This document shows, in pieces, positions 17,826 to 30,930 of a stretch of 64,000 nt of DNA (positions are counted from its first letter, which is position 1; each line of letters starts with the position of its first letter). The stretch lies in the NCBI RefSeq assembly GCF_009914755.1, contig NC_060932.1. One strand, written 5' to 3'. Made by a program: the position numbers and the translations under genes. The notes under the pieces are model-generated. The model was given only the letters and a program-made list of their open reading frames with translations, made no database searches and was not told the origin of the DNA. The stretch comes from the human T2T-CHM13v2.0 reference genome, Homo sapiens.

Positions 17826-18116
17826 TTTTTTTTTTTTGAGACCGAGTCTCACTCTCTTGCCCAAGCTGGAGTGCAGTGGCACAATCTCAGCTCACTCAAA
17901 TTCTGCCTCCCAGGATCATGTGATTGTCATGCCTCAGCCTCCCAGAGCTGGGATTACAGGTGCGTGGTACCACACCCAGCTAATTTTTGTATTTTTAGTA
18001 GAAATGGGGTTTTGCCATGTTGGCCAGGCTGGTCTTGAACTCCTGGCCTCAAGTCATCTGCCCGCCTCGGCCTCCCAAAATGCTGGGATTACAGGCATGA
18101 GCCACCACGCCAGGTC
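17826..18116 (-). mobile_element. AluS, in tandem with the previous Alu
   Basis: Full antisense dimer with CCAATTT on both flanks. Confidence 0.93.
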
Positions 18117-18124
18117 CCAATTTC

Positions 18125-18400
18125 TTTTTTAACACATATTTATTGGATGTCTCCTATGTGCTAGGCACTGTTAAAAGCATTGGGGATAAATCAGAGGAAT
18201 CAGTCCTTGCAAAGGCCCTGGTGTGGGAGTTGGCCTGGCACACGTTCCAGGAGTGACAAGGAGGTTCCCATGGAATGAGTGAGGGAAAGGAAAGTAGGAG
18301 ATGAGATCAGAGAGCTAACAAGGGGTGGATGACACAGGGCTTCCCAGGCCATTGAAGGACTTTGGCTTTTACTTAGAGGTTAATATGGGGTGAGAATTGA
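18125..18400 (-). mobile_element. L2
   Basis: AACACATATTTATTGGATGTCTCCTATGTGCTAGGCACTG...GGACTTTGGCTTTTACT. Confidence 0.7.
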
Positions 18401-18414
18401 GAGAAGAATGATAA

Positions 18415-18635
18415 CTACTGCTGATTATTGAGCTTATAGAAGATAGCTGGCACTGTGCTAAGTGCTTGACCTGTGTTATACTTCTTAATCAGATAGAACA
18501 AGAAGATTAGAACAATGATATAAAGCAAATGGCCTGTCCCGAGAAAGGACCCTGAGACAGAGGGGTTGGGGAGCGTGCAGGGGCAGTATTCAAACCCAGA
18601 TCTGAGTGATTTCATGATGTCATACTGTCATTTAA
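18415..18635 (-). mobile_element. MIR
   Basis: ATTATTGAGCTT...GGCACTGTGCTAAGTGCTT...ATTCAAACCCAGATCTG. Confidence 0.6.
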
Positions 18636-19471
18636 TGAATATAGACATGTGTTTGCCATCACATTGCTGTAGCAAGACTAATCTTAGCCTCCACTTGACC
18701 ACTCTGCAAGACCACTGCTCAGGAACTGGATAGGAAGTTGGTGCCTGTGCCTCCAAACAACTCTGGGAATCCGGGACAAAGAATCTGAGCACACATCATG
18801 CACCACACACACATTTTCCCCAGGGCACGGAGCAGGGTAACGCAGTGTCCATGCTGCAGCTCCACACTCCCCGCATCTTCTGTTTCGCAAGCGGAGAGTC
18901 CTCACTCTTGCCATATTTAAAGACTCAGTGTTTCTGAGTGCCTTTTAAGGGCAGGGTAGAATCAAAGGCCAAAATACCAAAGGTTCAGTTTCCTGTTACT
19001 GACCACAGTAGACCAGAAAATGAGGCAGCTTTCAGAGTAGCTGCCTCCCTCTGTGAACCTGCAGTTCAGCTTTGACTCAGGAGAGCCTGTGGGAACTGTC
19101 AGACTCCTTAGTCTGCAAGATGTTGTTCTCAACTGAATGGACACACCCTAAGTCAAGTTGTGTATTCGAGACCAAACTGCAGTGCAGAACATGAAGAACA
19201 GACAGAATTCTTTGGAATTCTGATTCATTTGCAGGACCAAATAAGGACCTACCCAATGATCATCTTAACTCATGCTGCACGAATTTGAAGTTTGTGATGA
19301 GTATTGAAGGAACTAAACTATAAAATAAAAGGTCAGGGGTATCCATTTTTTCCAATAAGTATATAAATTAACTGCTTATTTTGTGCGAAGTATAATACTG
19401 GGTGCCAAGAACGTCAAAATAAGTGGCTTCTGCACCCCCTCTCGCTGTTTAGGAAAAGGAGGTAATTTATA

Positions 19472-19497
19472 AGTACTTACAGTGCACTGTAAGTACT
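19472..19497. repeat. Perfect 26-bp palindrome AGTACTTACAGTGCACTGTAAGTACT
   Basis: Equals its own reverse complement (checked base by base). Confidence 0.95.
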
Positions 19498-20434
19498 GTT
19501 AACTATATATTCCAATTGCTGTACAGAAATTCAACTCCACATACTCAACAAAAATGGAGAGTAAAACAGAGAGGAAATTTAAATAGTACAGGTAATTTTG
19601 TCCACCAGTCCCACACTGTGCAGAAGATGACAGGGATGAATGATTCCCTCAGTTGCTCTCAGCTTCCCTATTGCTCTCATGGTGTAAAATTTCATTGCAT
19701 CAAGTGTGATTGTAGTGTTTAAAGATATACATTGTTTGTATAACGTGTCCCTAAGATGCATGTCACCTACTTCTTGTGCTGGCTAAAGAAACAATGTTCT
19801 TTCTAGTGCTAAAAGAAATCCTGGTTGTGTTTGACCTTTCTAAGAAATTGTCAAATTGGCTTTGTCATACATGAGATTTTCATCTTATGCTTTGACTTCA
19901 GAGTTTATTCTCTACATAAGATATTAATTCACTGTACTGACATATATACAGGATAAAGTCAAACGTGGCTGTGAATTTCAGTTTTTGACTGATTTAGACT
20001 GTGGAAAAGTTATTTGACTTCCCTTAGTGCTTAATGATTAGCCTCATTCGACTCTAATCTATAAAACTAAGATACTTAAATTCATTTCATTTGCATTGTT
20101 GTGATGATTACATGAATAATATATATAAAGATCCTACCAAGATATTTAGCATAGTAAGTGATAGTTGCCACCTCATTCCTAGTAGGTGAAGATGTGTACT
20201 TTACCTATGGGAGCCTGTGAAGGTTTTTAGCAGAGGAGTGACGTGATCCATGTAGGTTTCAGGAGAGATGACTTCAGTGCCCCGTGATGTATGTGCTAAA
20301 GTGTAGAGAGACCCGGGGCAAGGAAACGAGACAGCAAGTAGTTACAATGGTTTAGACAAAGATGAGGGCCTGCCTGAAGGCAGTGGAGGTGCAGAGGAAG
20401 GATCCAGGTTTGGGAGCTTTAAAAGTAGAATTGA

Positions 20435-20753
20435 GGCTGGGTGCGGTGGCTCACACCTGTAATCCTAGCACTTTGGGAGGCTGAGGCAGGCAGATCATTT
20501 GAGGTCAAGAGTTCAAGACCAACCTGGCCAACATGGTGAAACCCCATCTCTACTAAAAATACAAAAATTAGCCAGGCATGGTAGCATGGGCCTGTAATCC
20601 CAGCTGCTTGGGAGACTGAGGCATCAAGTCTCATCACTGATTCTCATCAAGCGATGAGAATCGCTTGAACCCTGGAGGCGAGGTTACAGTGAGCTGAGAT
20701 CGTGCCACCTCATTTCAGCCTGGGCAACAGAGCCAGACTCTGAAAAAAAAAAA
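20435..20753 (+). mobile_element. AluS with a 31-bp internal templated insertion
   Basis: Full dimer with extra sequence at 20624-20654 in the right arm. Confidence 0.93.
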
Positions 20754-20890
20754 AGAGAGAGAAAGAAAGGAAAGAGAGAAAGAAAGAAGGAAAGAAAGGA
20801 AGGAAGGAAGGAAGAAAGAAGAAAGAAAAAGGAAAGGAAAGAGGGAGGGAGGGAAGGAAGGAAGGAAAGAAAGAAGGAAGGAAAGAAAGA
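20754..20890 (+). repeat. (GAAA/GGAA)n polypurine tract derived from the Alu tail
   Basis: Seen directly in the sequence. Confidence 0.9.
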
Positions 20891-21059
20891 ACTGATAGAA
20901 CTTGGGGACTATTTGAAGTAAAAGGGAGTGGGAAGATCTTCAGAAGTGAAGGATGTCTTTATGTTTTCCAGCTTCAGAGGTTGGATAAATGGAGATATTA
21001 AATTAACTGGTACAGAGAATAATAAAAGGTACTGTTTTACTTCAGACTGAAACTATATA

Positions 21060-21260
21060 CCTGGCATTAAGCTAAGGAATTTAATACATTATTTGATTTA
21101 GTCATCATGATAACCCTACGGAGTAAGTAGTATCATTGCCATTTTACTACTGTGAAAACCTAAACTCAGAGGAGCCCAGTGTCATATAGCTAGCTAGTCA
21201 GTGTCTCCCTAGGATCTGAACATGGATTTGTATGACACCAAAGCCTCACTTTACACCACA
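21060..21260 (-). mobile_element. MIR
   Basis: AACCCTACGGAGTAAGTAGTATCATTGCCATTTTAC...GGATCTGAACATGG. Confidence 0.6.
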
Positions 21261-21903
21261 GCAGTAAATAAGCCCTCACTCTGGAAGAGGAGAAATGGAG
21301 TAGGGACAAGAGGCTGAAGAGAAGTCTTAGTTCTGGAAGCGTTAAACTGTCAGGCAGAGATATCTTGAAGGCAGCTGGAAAATCAGACCTGTAGCTCAGG
21401 GGTGCATGTGGGGAAATAAGAAAATGTGGGTGTTGCTGGCTTATGGTGTTGGAGAGTGAATGAGGTTACTCATCAAGGAGTATATGGTTAAAGAGAAACA
21501 GACCCTCAGTAAATGAAGGCTAGAAGGGGGATGCCAACCTAGTTTAGAAACTCGTATACCTGCATACTCAGTTTAGGAGTTTAGAAACGCTCATATACCT
21601 ATATGCAGTGTAATTTTTTCTGACCAAAGTATAGCCTTGTGCTTTGGTGTATAAATTTTTAGTCAGCTGGGTATTGAGAGTTCCCTGTTAGAGCTTGAGC
21701 CTTGCCCTCACAGAGCTTATAGTCTAGTGGAGAGGCTTAGTAAAAAATCCATTAAACAATAACAATCAGTTGTAGTACAGGCTAAATGTTATTTTAGGGT
21801 GCTGTTACAGGATGCTGCATAAGATTGGCCCCAAAGCCAGGCTTGAGAGTCAATAGCCAGGCAATTAGGATTACAGGTCATAGTATTGAATAAGTTTATA
21901 CTT

Positions 21904-22199
<296 letters not shown>

Positions 22200-22589
22200 A
22201 TAAAGCTTATATATATTAAAAAAAAAAAACGAGCAACAGCTGTTTTCACCACTCATTGTCCCATCTTGGGCCTTACTGCCCAATTTAAATTTCTCTATCT
22301 CTCTCTCTCTTCTCCCCACTTCCTCCCTCCCTTCCCCACACAGTGAAGAGATATGATGCAGCTCCACTGTAACAGTATTTGAGTCAAATGTATACACTGA
22401 AATTTCTTAGATTTTTTTTCCTGAACACATAATTGCTCTAGGAGACCTGCACAAAATGTGAAAATAGCACGTTTCTTTTCCACTGACCATCAGAACAGAG
22501 AATTCCCAAGCCTTCATATTGCACAGTGAATAACCCAGTCTCAATTTATGGACTTTATCTTGATATCCAGTCTTCATTTTGGTAGGTTA

Positions 22590-22855
22590 TCTAGTGTAAT
22601 GGTTAAAAGTACAGGTCCTGGAGCTGGACTGTCTGGATTTGAATTCTTGTTCCACCAATTGCTAACTGTGTGACCTTGGGCAAAATACTTAACCTCTCTG
22701 TGCTTGTTTCCACATCTGTAAGATGGGAATATAATGATATTACCTACATCCTTAGCATTATGTGAGGAATAATAAGTTAATACATGTGAAATGCCTAGAA
22801 CTGTACATGGCATATATAGAGTAAGCAATTTATAAAGGTTCAATGTTAGTGCTAC
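22590..22855 (+). mobile_element. MIR, near full length
   Basis: TAGTGTAATGGTTAA...TGTGTGACCTTGGGCAA...CATCTGTAAGATGGG...ACATGTGAAATGCCTAGAAC. Confidence 0.88.
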
Positions 22856-23694
22856 TACTGAATTATGCCAGTGGATAAAACAGTGTGTTAAAATGGGAGC
22901 CCAGCCCATTGTAAATCACTCACAGATCAGCTCCCTGTTCACTTAACATGGAGGAAAGAGTCCAGCATTTGTTTCCTTTTCCTCTCTTTTAACATTGTGG
23001 GTACCGGTCCCTGGTAGATTTAGTGGGTAGTCAATTTCAAGCCCCATAGCTAGAGACAAGGAAATTTTTTTTTCTTTAAAATAGAAGTCTCCTTCTTTCC
23101 AATCACATGTGCAATGTCTATGTTTAGAAATCTTCCAGGAGCAGTCTGGGAAGATAGCTGAAAGCATGGTGTATGGCGAGATGCCTAGTATATGATAAAG
23201 AAGATAGGCAGGCGGCCAGCCAGCCATCGTGTTGTCTGTTTCATAATGTGTTGTCAGATCAGAAAGGGAATGTGATTCTTTTCTCCGTGGCTGAACTTTT
23301 CCATCAGTCCTGTTGAGCTGCCAATTGGAAGACCCTAGTTGATACATCTCCTGAGCCCATTTGTCTGGAGTGGCAGCAAAGAACAAATCACAGATTTTAC
23401 ACCTTGTTGTGAAGCCACTGAACATCACTCTCACTGAGCACTTCCCCTAGCTTGCCCTAGAGTTCTCAGAATACCTCCCTTCTTCCAAGAGGAAGCTACA
23501 GGGTTGTAGGCTTGATACTGTTAATGGAAGAAATTCATCAACTTCTTGAACCTGCCTCTAAAACCCCACAAAGTAGAGGTATAAAGGGGTTTTGACTAAG
23601 CAAGTGTCGTTTGCTCCCTGGAGGATGTGTCAGCTCTTGCTTCTTTTCAATTGCTTAAGAGTTAAAAACGATTACTGTGGTCTCAGAGGACAGA

Positions 23695-24010
23695 CACCAG
23701 CACTGTGAGCTGGATCTCACCCACAGATGTGTTCGGCTTGACCCACATAGTTGTATACGCATATGTCAGTTTGTTGCAACATACAAAAACTGGGGGGTTT
23801 CACATAAAAATCTGCATTTTCAATTTCTTTTTTTTAACTGCCAAATCTGACAACACTGTGTCTTCCCTGCTTCCCCTGTGGAAACAGTCTGCCTGACTGG
23901 GTAACAGTGGCTCCCTGGTACCCACAGTTTACCAGGCCCCACCTGGCCCACTTCCTCCACTCCTGTTTGTTTCCTAGTCTCGGAGGCATGGGAGTTTATA
24001 TAACCTTCTC
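23695..24010. mobile_element. MER102-like hAT-Charlie fossil
   Basis: GGTTTCACATAAAAATCTGCATTTTC...AAATCTGACAACACTG resembles the MER102 core. Confidence 0.6.
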
Positions 24011-24819
24011 TTAGAACGTGGTGCCATGTTCTCTACAGTATAATCCCAAATGAAAAGTGAAAATTCTCATTACACTCCTTGACCTAGTTTTAACAAGATG
24101 CTAAATACTGAGTCTCAGGCCTTTGCTCTTTGATTTAAGATAAAAAATCCTAAGTATTTTCTCTGGATGTTTTGGGGGGAAAAAATCCTAAGTAAAACCT
24201 TTTCTGTGTCATTTATTTAAAAATCACAATTGGCAATTATCCTCGCCTAATGGTCTTCTTGAGTCAGAGAAGTCTTTTTCCTTTGACCTTTTCCATGGTA
24301 GCATTTTACGCTGTTCTGGTTACTACCAGCAATACAGGCTAAACAACAACCCAAAGTTTGACCATCTGGCCTCGTCCTTAGTCACCTATTTTTGCTGCTG
24401 ATAGATTTGAGACTATAGGTTGTATCTGGGGAAGGGAGCATGGAGATCTAGAGGGGAAATAAGTTACCTGTTTAACTTCCACAGAGTTGAAAGCTGAGTC
24501 ATGGGGCCACACGATACAAAGGTGATACACACAAAAGCATCTGCAAATTGCTTTTATTGGGAAGCCATTTTCCTCCCCTTTTTCAAGCCACATGGCCAAC
24601 CCACTCCCTGAGATTCTGCAGGCCTCCCATTCCGGTGAGTGTAGCTCAGTTGGTGAAATCTGCCCCAGCTCAAGTTCTTCCCCACCTTTTACTATTTCCT
24701 TATTCTGAAGATAGATGAAGAAGTGCATTTTCCTTACCCCCTGCCAGCCATCTGAGGACAATTTGAGCTTGATAACGTGGGGCCAGCGTGCAGCTGTCCA
24801 TGAAAGAATTGTGTTATGA

Positions 24820-25127
24820 GGCCGGGCACGGTGGCTTACGCCTGTAATCCCAGCACTTTGGGAGGCCGAGGCGGGTGGATCACCTGAGGTCAAGAGTTCA
24901 AGACCAGCCTGACCAACATGGAGAAACCCTGTCTCTACTAAAAATACAAAAAATTTAGTTGGGCATGGTGGCGCATCCCTGTAATACCACCTACTCAGGA
25001 GGCTGAGGCAGGAGAGAATCGCTTGAACCTAGAGGCAGAGGTTGCAATGAGCCGAGATCACGCCATTCAACTCCAGCCTGGGCTATAAGGGCAAAACTCT
25101 GTCTCAAAAAAAAAAAAAAAAAAAAAA
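24820..25127 (+). mobile_element. AluSp-like
   Basis: Sp diagnostic GACCAACATGGAGAAACC; TSD AAAGAATTGTGTT(A/G)TGA. Confidence 0.95.
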
Positions 25128-25297
25128 GAATTGTGTTGTGAAACCACAGAGTATACTTACTGCATTGTAGAAGTTTAATCAGTGTATAAAAATTCATTAA
25201 GCACTTTAGGAGCTTTGGATAAAAAGTCATATGTGAATATTAGTCATTTATTTTATTGCCATCATTGAGTCACTTTACCATAGAAGTGTTTTATTAA

Positions 25298-25590
25298 GAT
25301 CAGGTGCAGTGGCTTATGCCTGTAATCCCAGCACTTCGGGAGGCCAATGGGGGAGGATCGCTTGAGCTCGGGAGTTTGAGAGCAAGCTGGACAACATAGC
25401 GAGACCCCTGTCTCTACTAAAAATCAAAATAATTAGCCAGGCGTGGTGGCACATGCTTGCAGTCCCAGCTACTTAGGAGGCTGAGGCAGGAGGATTGCTT
25501 GAGCTGGGGAGATCAAGGCTACAGTGAGCTATGATCACGCCAGTGCACTTCAGCCTGGGTGCAGAGTGAGACCCAGTCTCAAAAAAAAAA
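25298..25590 (+). mobile_element. AluJ
   Basis: GGATCGCTTGAGCTCGGG and CAACATAGCGAGACC. Confidence 0.9.
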
Positions 25591-26089
25591 ATGTATTAAT
25601 TGTTCAAATTTCCATGACTCCAGTTTCACATGAGGCCGTGGACTTCTCAATCAAAAAGTTTTTAGTAGCTTCAGTAGGTCTGAAATTTCAGAGTATTGAG
25701 CAAGGCCTACACTGAGCTAGAGCATGATCTAATAAGATTGGACTGTCAAAACAAGAAGCACCAGTCTGTGGTCAAAAGGTTTTTAAGAAGGAAATGTTAA
25801 AGCTCTGCTGTGAGAAACTCAAGATCATGAAACATGTAAGCTGGCAGGCTGTTTCTTTCTCATTTCTACTATGATGGGGGGACCCTCATCCTAGGTAAAC
25901 AGAGACACTGAAGCAAAATTAGGTGTGATTAAACAGAAACAACAGATGGTATCTTTCTATTGGGAAACTAATCGTTTGTGTAACTGGCAGGATGAAACAT
26001 CAGAAAATACTTGACACATTTTGCTAGAGTCCTAAAGGGCACCTAGGAAGACTGACTCCAAAATGTCAAAATAAGGAAAATACATAACT

Positions 26090-26320
26090 CAGACTAGAGT
26101 CAGACAGAAGGGAGTTCCATTCCCAGCCCACCACCTGTCAGATTTGGGGCAAGTTATTTAACCTTTTTTGCTCCTCAGTTTTTTTTAATCCCTGAAATGG
26201 GGATTGGAATTGGAACATTATAGGATTGTCATGGAAATTCAAAGAAAGAATGAGTGGAGAATGTTTGAAAGAGTACCTACCATATGATGAGTGCCCAATC
26301 AATTGTAGCTATTGCAATTA
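26090..26320 (+). mobile_element. MIR
   Basis: AGAGTCAGACAGA...GGGCAAGTTATTTAACC...CCTCAGTTT...TGAAATGGGG. Confidence 0.7.
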
Positions 26321-27619
26321 TGTAAAAGAGAAATGTGTAATAGCTTTTTGTTTGGTGTATTCAATATGGTTTTCAAAATAAAGACCAATATCATAAAGTT
26401 TTGTTGCTGTTTCTCATAACTACATTTAAATTCCCGGTTACTTTAAGCCCCCTTTTTTTTTGTCTTCTGCATACCTGCAAGTACCTCATCCATTCTTCCG
26501 TAATGTTTTTCTCCCTTAGCCAATACCATTCCAATGAATAAATGCTCAAGACCAAATGTGAACAGAGGTTTAGGCTGACTTTAGGACTGAGTCACTGTGA
26601 TCTGTTTCAGCCTCCTGGAGCTCTTTTTTCCTCCATGCTCATTTACCGAGGAGTATAATGTTTGCATCATACCTGCTGTTGAATTACCATGTAACGATTA
26701 ATGAGATATGTTTATTAACAAGATATGTTTATGAAATGCCTTATGTTTGTGATCACTTGTAATAAAACATTAATAAAGAATATGGTTTATTGATGAATAT
26801 ATTAGATCGCAAGGGGGAAAACCCAGTGCTAATGATGATCTCACTTTTAATATGTTAGATAATTACTCCAACTGAAACCGAATTGATTTTTATCAGATAA
26901 ATTGGGGGTCAAAGTTACACCGCAGTAATTACTGCTTTCAAACTGTGTTTGTGTAACCTGGGGAAAGATTTTGCTCTGGGGACCATATTGAGGCATTTGC
27001 CCTTGCCACTAGCAGAGAACTTGGATCTGTGCACACACAACTAGAAGCAGAAGCATGTATTTCCTTTCTTTTACCAAAGAATAGAAACCATGAAGAAAAC
27101 CACTCTCCTCAATACTGGATGAAATTAGACACCAAAGAATTCCCTTTCACTCAGTTCTCTGCTTCATTTAAAACCTAGAATCTTTGTAGAAATCTGTAAA
27201 AAAAAATGCGTAAATTGTATAGTTTCCTTTTCCCATAAAATCTCCAAAGAAGGAAATCTTATTTTTACCTTGGACTTTCAAAAACATAGATAATAAAAAC
27301 ATTTCATTTGCTCTAACACAGTTTATGATGTCACTAGAAGTTCTTGATAAAATTGTCAGCGTGAGTATGCCACTGAATTAATAAGCCATGCTTTATTCGT
27401 GATATGTTGTGCAATATGTCAGCATTTCCCCTTTCTTTCCTGTAAATTGTAACTTTTCCGATGACTAGCATTTAAAGTCTTTTCCTGATTAAGGAATTGT
27501 CAGCTGAAATCATCAGGGATTTCCCCTTAACTATTTTGGAAGAAATCTGAAGAATGTAATGTGTTGCTTGGAAATTAAGAAATTTGGAATAATTCATGTG
27601 AACCTAAATGGTGAAATAG

Positions 27620-27970
<351 letters not shown>

Positions 27971-28202
27971 ATAATGATAAGGTCACAGAAAGAATAATAA
28001 AAACTGTAGAAATAATGAACTCTCTGAGACATTTAATAAACTTTGATGCCTCTGTTCTATGCTTTTCAAAAGATTTGTTACATTATAAGAGCTAAACTGA
28101 AATAGAAACATTAACATTTCAGATGCTTAGAAAATGGTTTTTAAATTTAATTTCTCCAGTTACTCAAGGTTAACAGAAATTTCTTTTATAAATGTGTATT
28201 GT

Positions 28203-28672
<470 letters not shown>

Positions 28673-28865
28673 CTAGTGTGATAAAGAGTACGGGGCCGGT
28701 TGGAGAAGAGTCATTAGAAAAAGCCTCTCTGAGGAAGTGACCTTTGAGCTGAACCAGCACGGGGAGAGCACAGAGAAGAACTCAGCAAATACACAGAAAG
28801 CACATATCACATGCAAAGGCCCTGGGGCTAGAGTGAATTTGATGATCAAGAGACAGTGAGTAGAG

Positions 28866-28973
28866 GATGGGTCAGTAGGTGTGCAGCAAACCACCATGGC
28901 ACATGTATACCTGTGTAACAAACCTACACGTTCTGCACATGTATCCCAGAACTTAAAGTGGAAAAAAAAAAAA
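28866..28973 (+). mobile_element. Severely 5'-truncated primate L1PA 3' end
   Basis: GCAGCAAACCACCATGGCACATGTATACCTGTGTAACAAACCTACACGTTCTGCACATGTATCCCAGAACTTAAAGT plus poly-A. Confidence 0.92.
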
Positions 28974-29132
28974 GGGAAAGAAGGAAGGAAGGAAGGAGAA
29001 AGAAAGAAGGAAGGAAGGAAAAAAAGGAAGGAAAGAAGGAAGGAGAAAGAAAGAGAGAGAGAAAGAAAGAAAGAAAAGAAAGAAAAAGAAGAAAGAAAGA
29101 AAGAAAAGAAAAGAAGGAAAGAAAAAAGAAAG
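28974..29132 (+). repeat. GA-rich (GAAA/GGAA) low-complexity tract from the L1 tail
   Basis: Seen directly in the sequence. Confidence 0.9.
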
Positions 29133-30025
29133 GATGAGAAGGCAGGTATAGCTAGAGCACAGGGGGAGAGTGGTGAGATAAGATCCAAAAGGTAGGAAGA
29201 GGCAGCCCTGATAAAAGTCAAGTATGGGGAGAAAAAGTTAACAGTTGAGTTAATTTACTGTGTTTTAGAATTATCCCAATTCTAAAAATGGCACGTGGAA
29301 AACACTTTAAAGAAGGAAGGATCTGTATGCCAAATCTCAACCAGCTGTAAGCTCCAAATTTGTATTTGATGACAGACAGGCCTTACTCTTGGTAACTCTT
29401 AGAAAGAGAAGGACCTCACGACTTGCCAGCTTAGCTCTTTTGTTGTCACCTTCCACATAAAGGAGACTGAAGCAAAGGAAAAGTGTCCTCAAAATCGGTC
29501 ATCCTGTGCCTTCTACATCCACCCTCAGCCCCCATGTATGTGTTACACACGTCCTTAGAGTTTCCTTGTTCCCCATACTCTTCCGTGGACAAAGTGTGAC
29601 ACTGTTCAGTCTGGTGGCAGAGAAGGGAAGGAAAAAAAGAAACAGAACTTTACTTTTCTTCTCTCAACAGACTTTGCAGAACAAAATGAAAAATCAAAGG
29701 GACCCAAAATGATAGATCTGAGATTCAGTCCACCAGCTATTACAACTAAATAGTGGCAGAAAGCAACTGATGCTTTCTTACTCTATCTTCCAACCAAGAC
29801 CCCCTAGAAAGCCCTGCATGAGCAACTTTAGGCTATCTGGCATTTCCAGGATAGTTATTTAGAATAATGGAAAGTGAAAAAGATTGGCATGTGTTTTTCA
29901 AAGACCGGTAATCAAATAGGATAGCAAACGTGCAGAGATGTGAATTGAATGAATGTAGGAGATGATTTGTTCAAAATAATTTAGCAACTAGAAGCAAAGT
30001 CTTTAATGCTTAAGTGGATATCTAA

Positions 30026-30459
<434 letters not shown>

Positions 30460-30629
30460 GAGCCTTGCATTTTTAGACACTCGATCACTCCCTGAAAACA
30501 ACCAAGCCAGGTGATGGTTGTCTACCAGTAATATTTTTTCACACCTCTGGAAGTGGAGCTGTGATCCTGCCAGTAGCTTTCTTTCTTGATGTAAATACTG
30601 TGTAGGGACTTGCAGGCTTTCATTCAATC

Positions 30630-30930
30630 TCTTTTCATTCATTCATTGTGCACCATGCCTGAGCAGTGTGCCAGCTCTTGGTGATAGAGCAATTAAGTAA
30701 AATGCTGGATGAAGCCCTATGGGGAGATGGGCAAAGCATGAGAAGTACTAGAATAGCAGAGAAGTAAACAAAGCGAGATGTTGGGTGGAATGGGAGCAAC
30801 TAATTCCAGCAAGGGAGGGTGGGGATCAAGGAGGACCTCAGAGATGTAACTAGACTCACACTGAAGGGTTTAAAGGAAGGAGATATAATTAGGCACAAAG
30901 AATCACATAAGGCGAAACAGACACAGAATA
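30630..30930 (-). mobile_element. L2
   Basis: TTCATTCATTCATT start followed by an L2-like body. Confidence 0.55.

Noticed and set aside
28673-29221. Long F/S/L-rich and K/E/R-rich ORFs (also 32369-32689 and 35789-36335)
   Set aside because: Artefacts of stop-free GA/TC microsatellites
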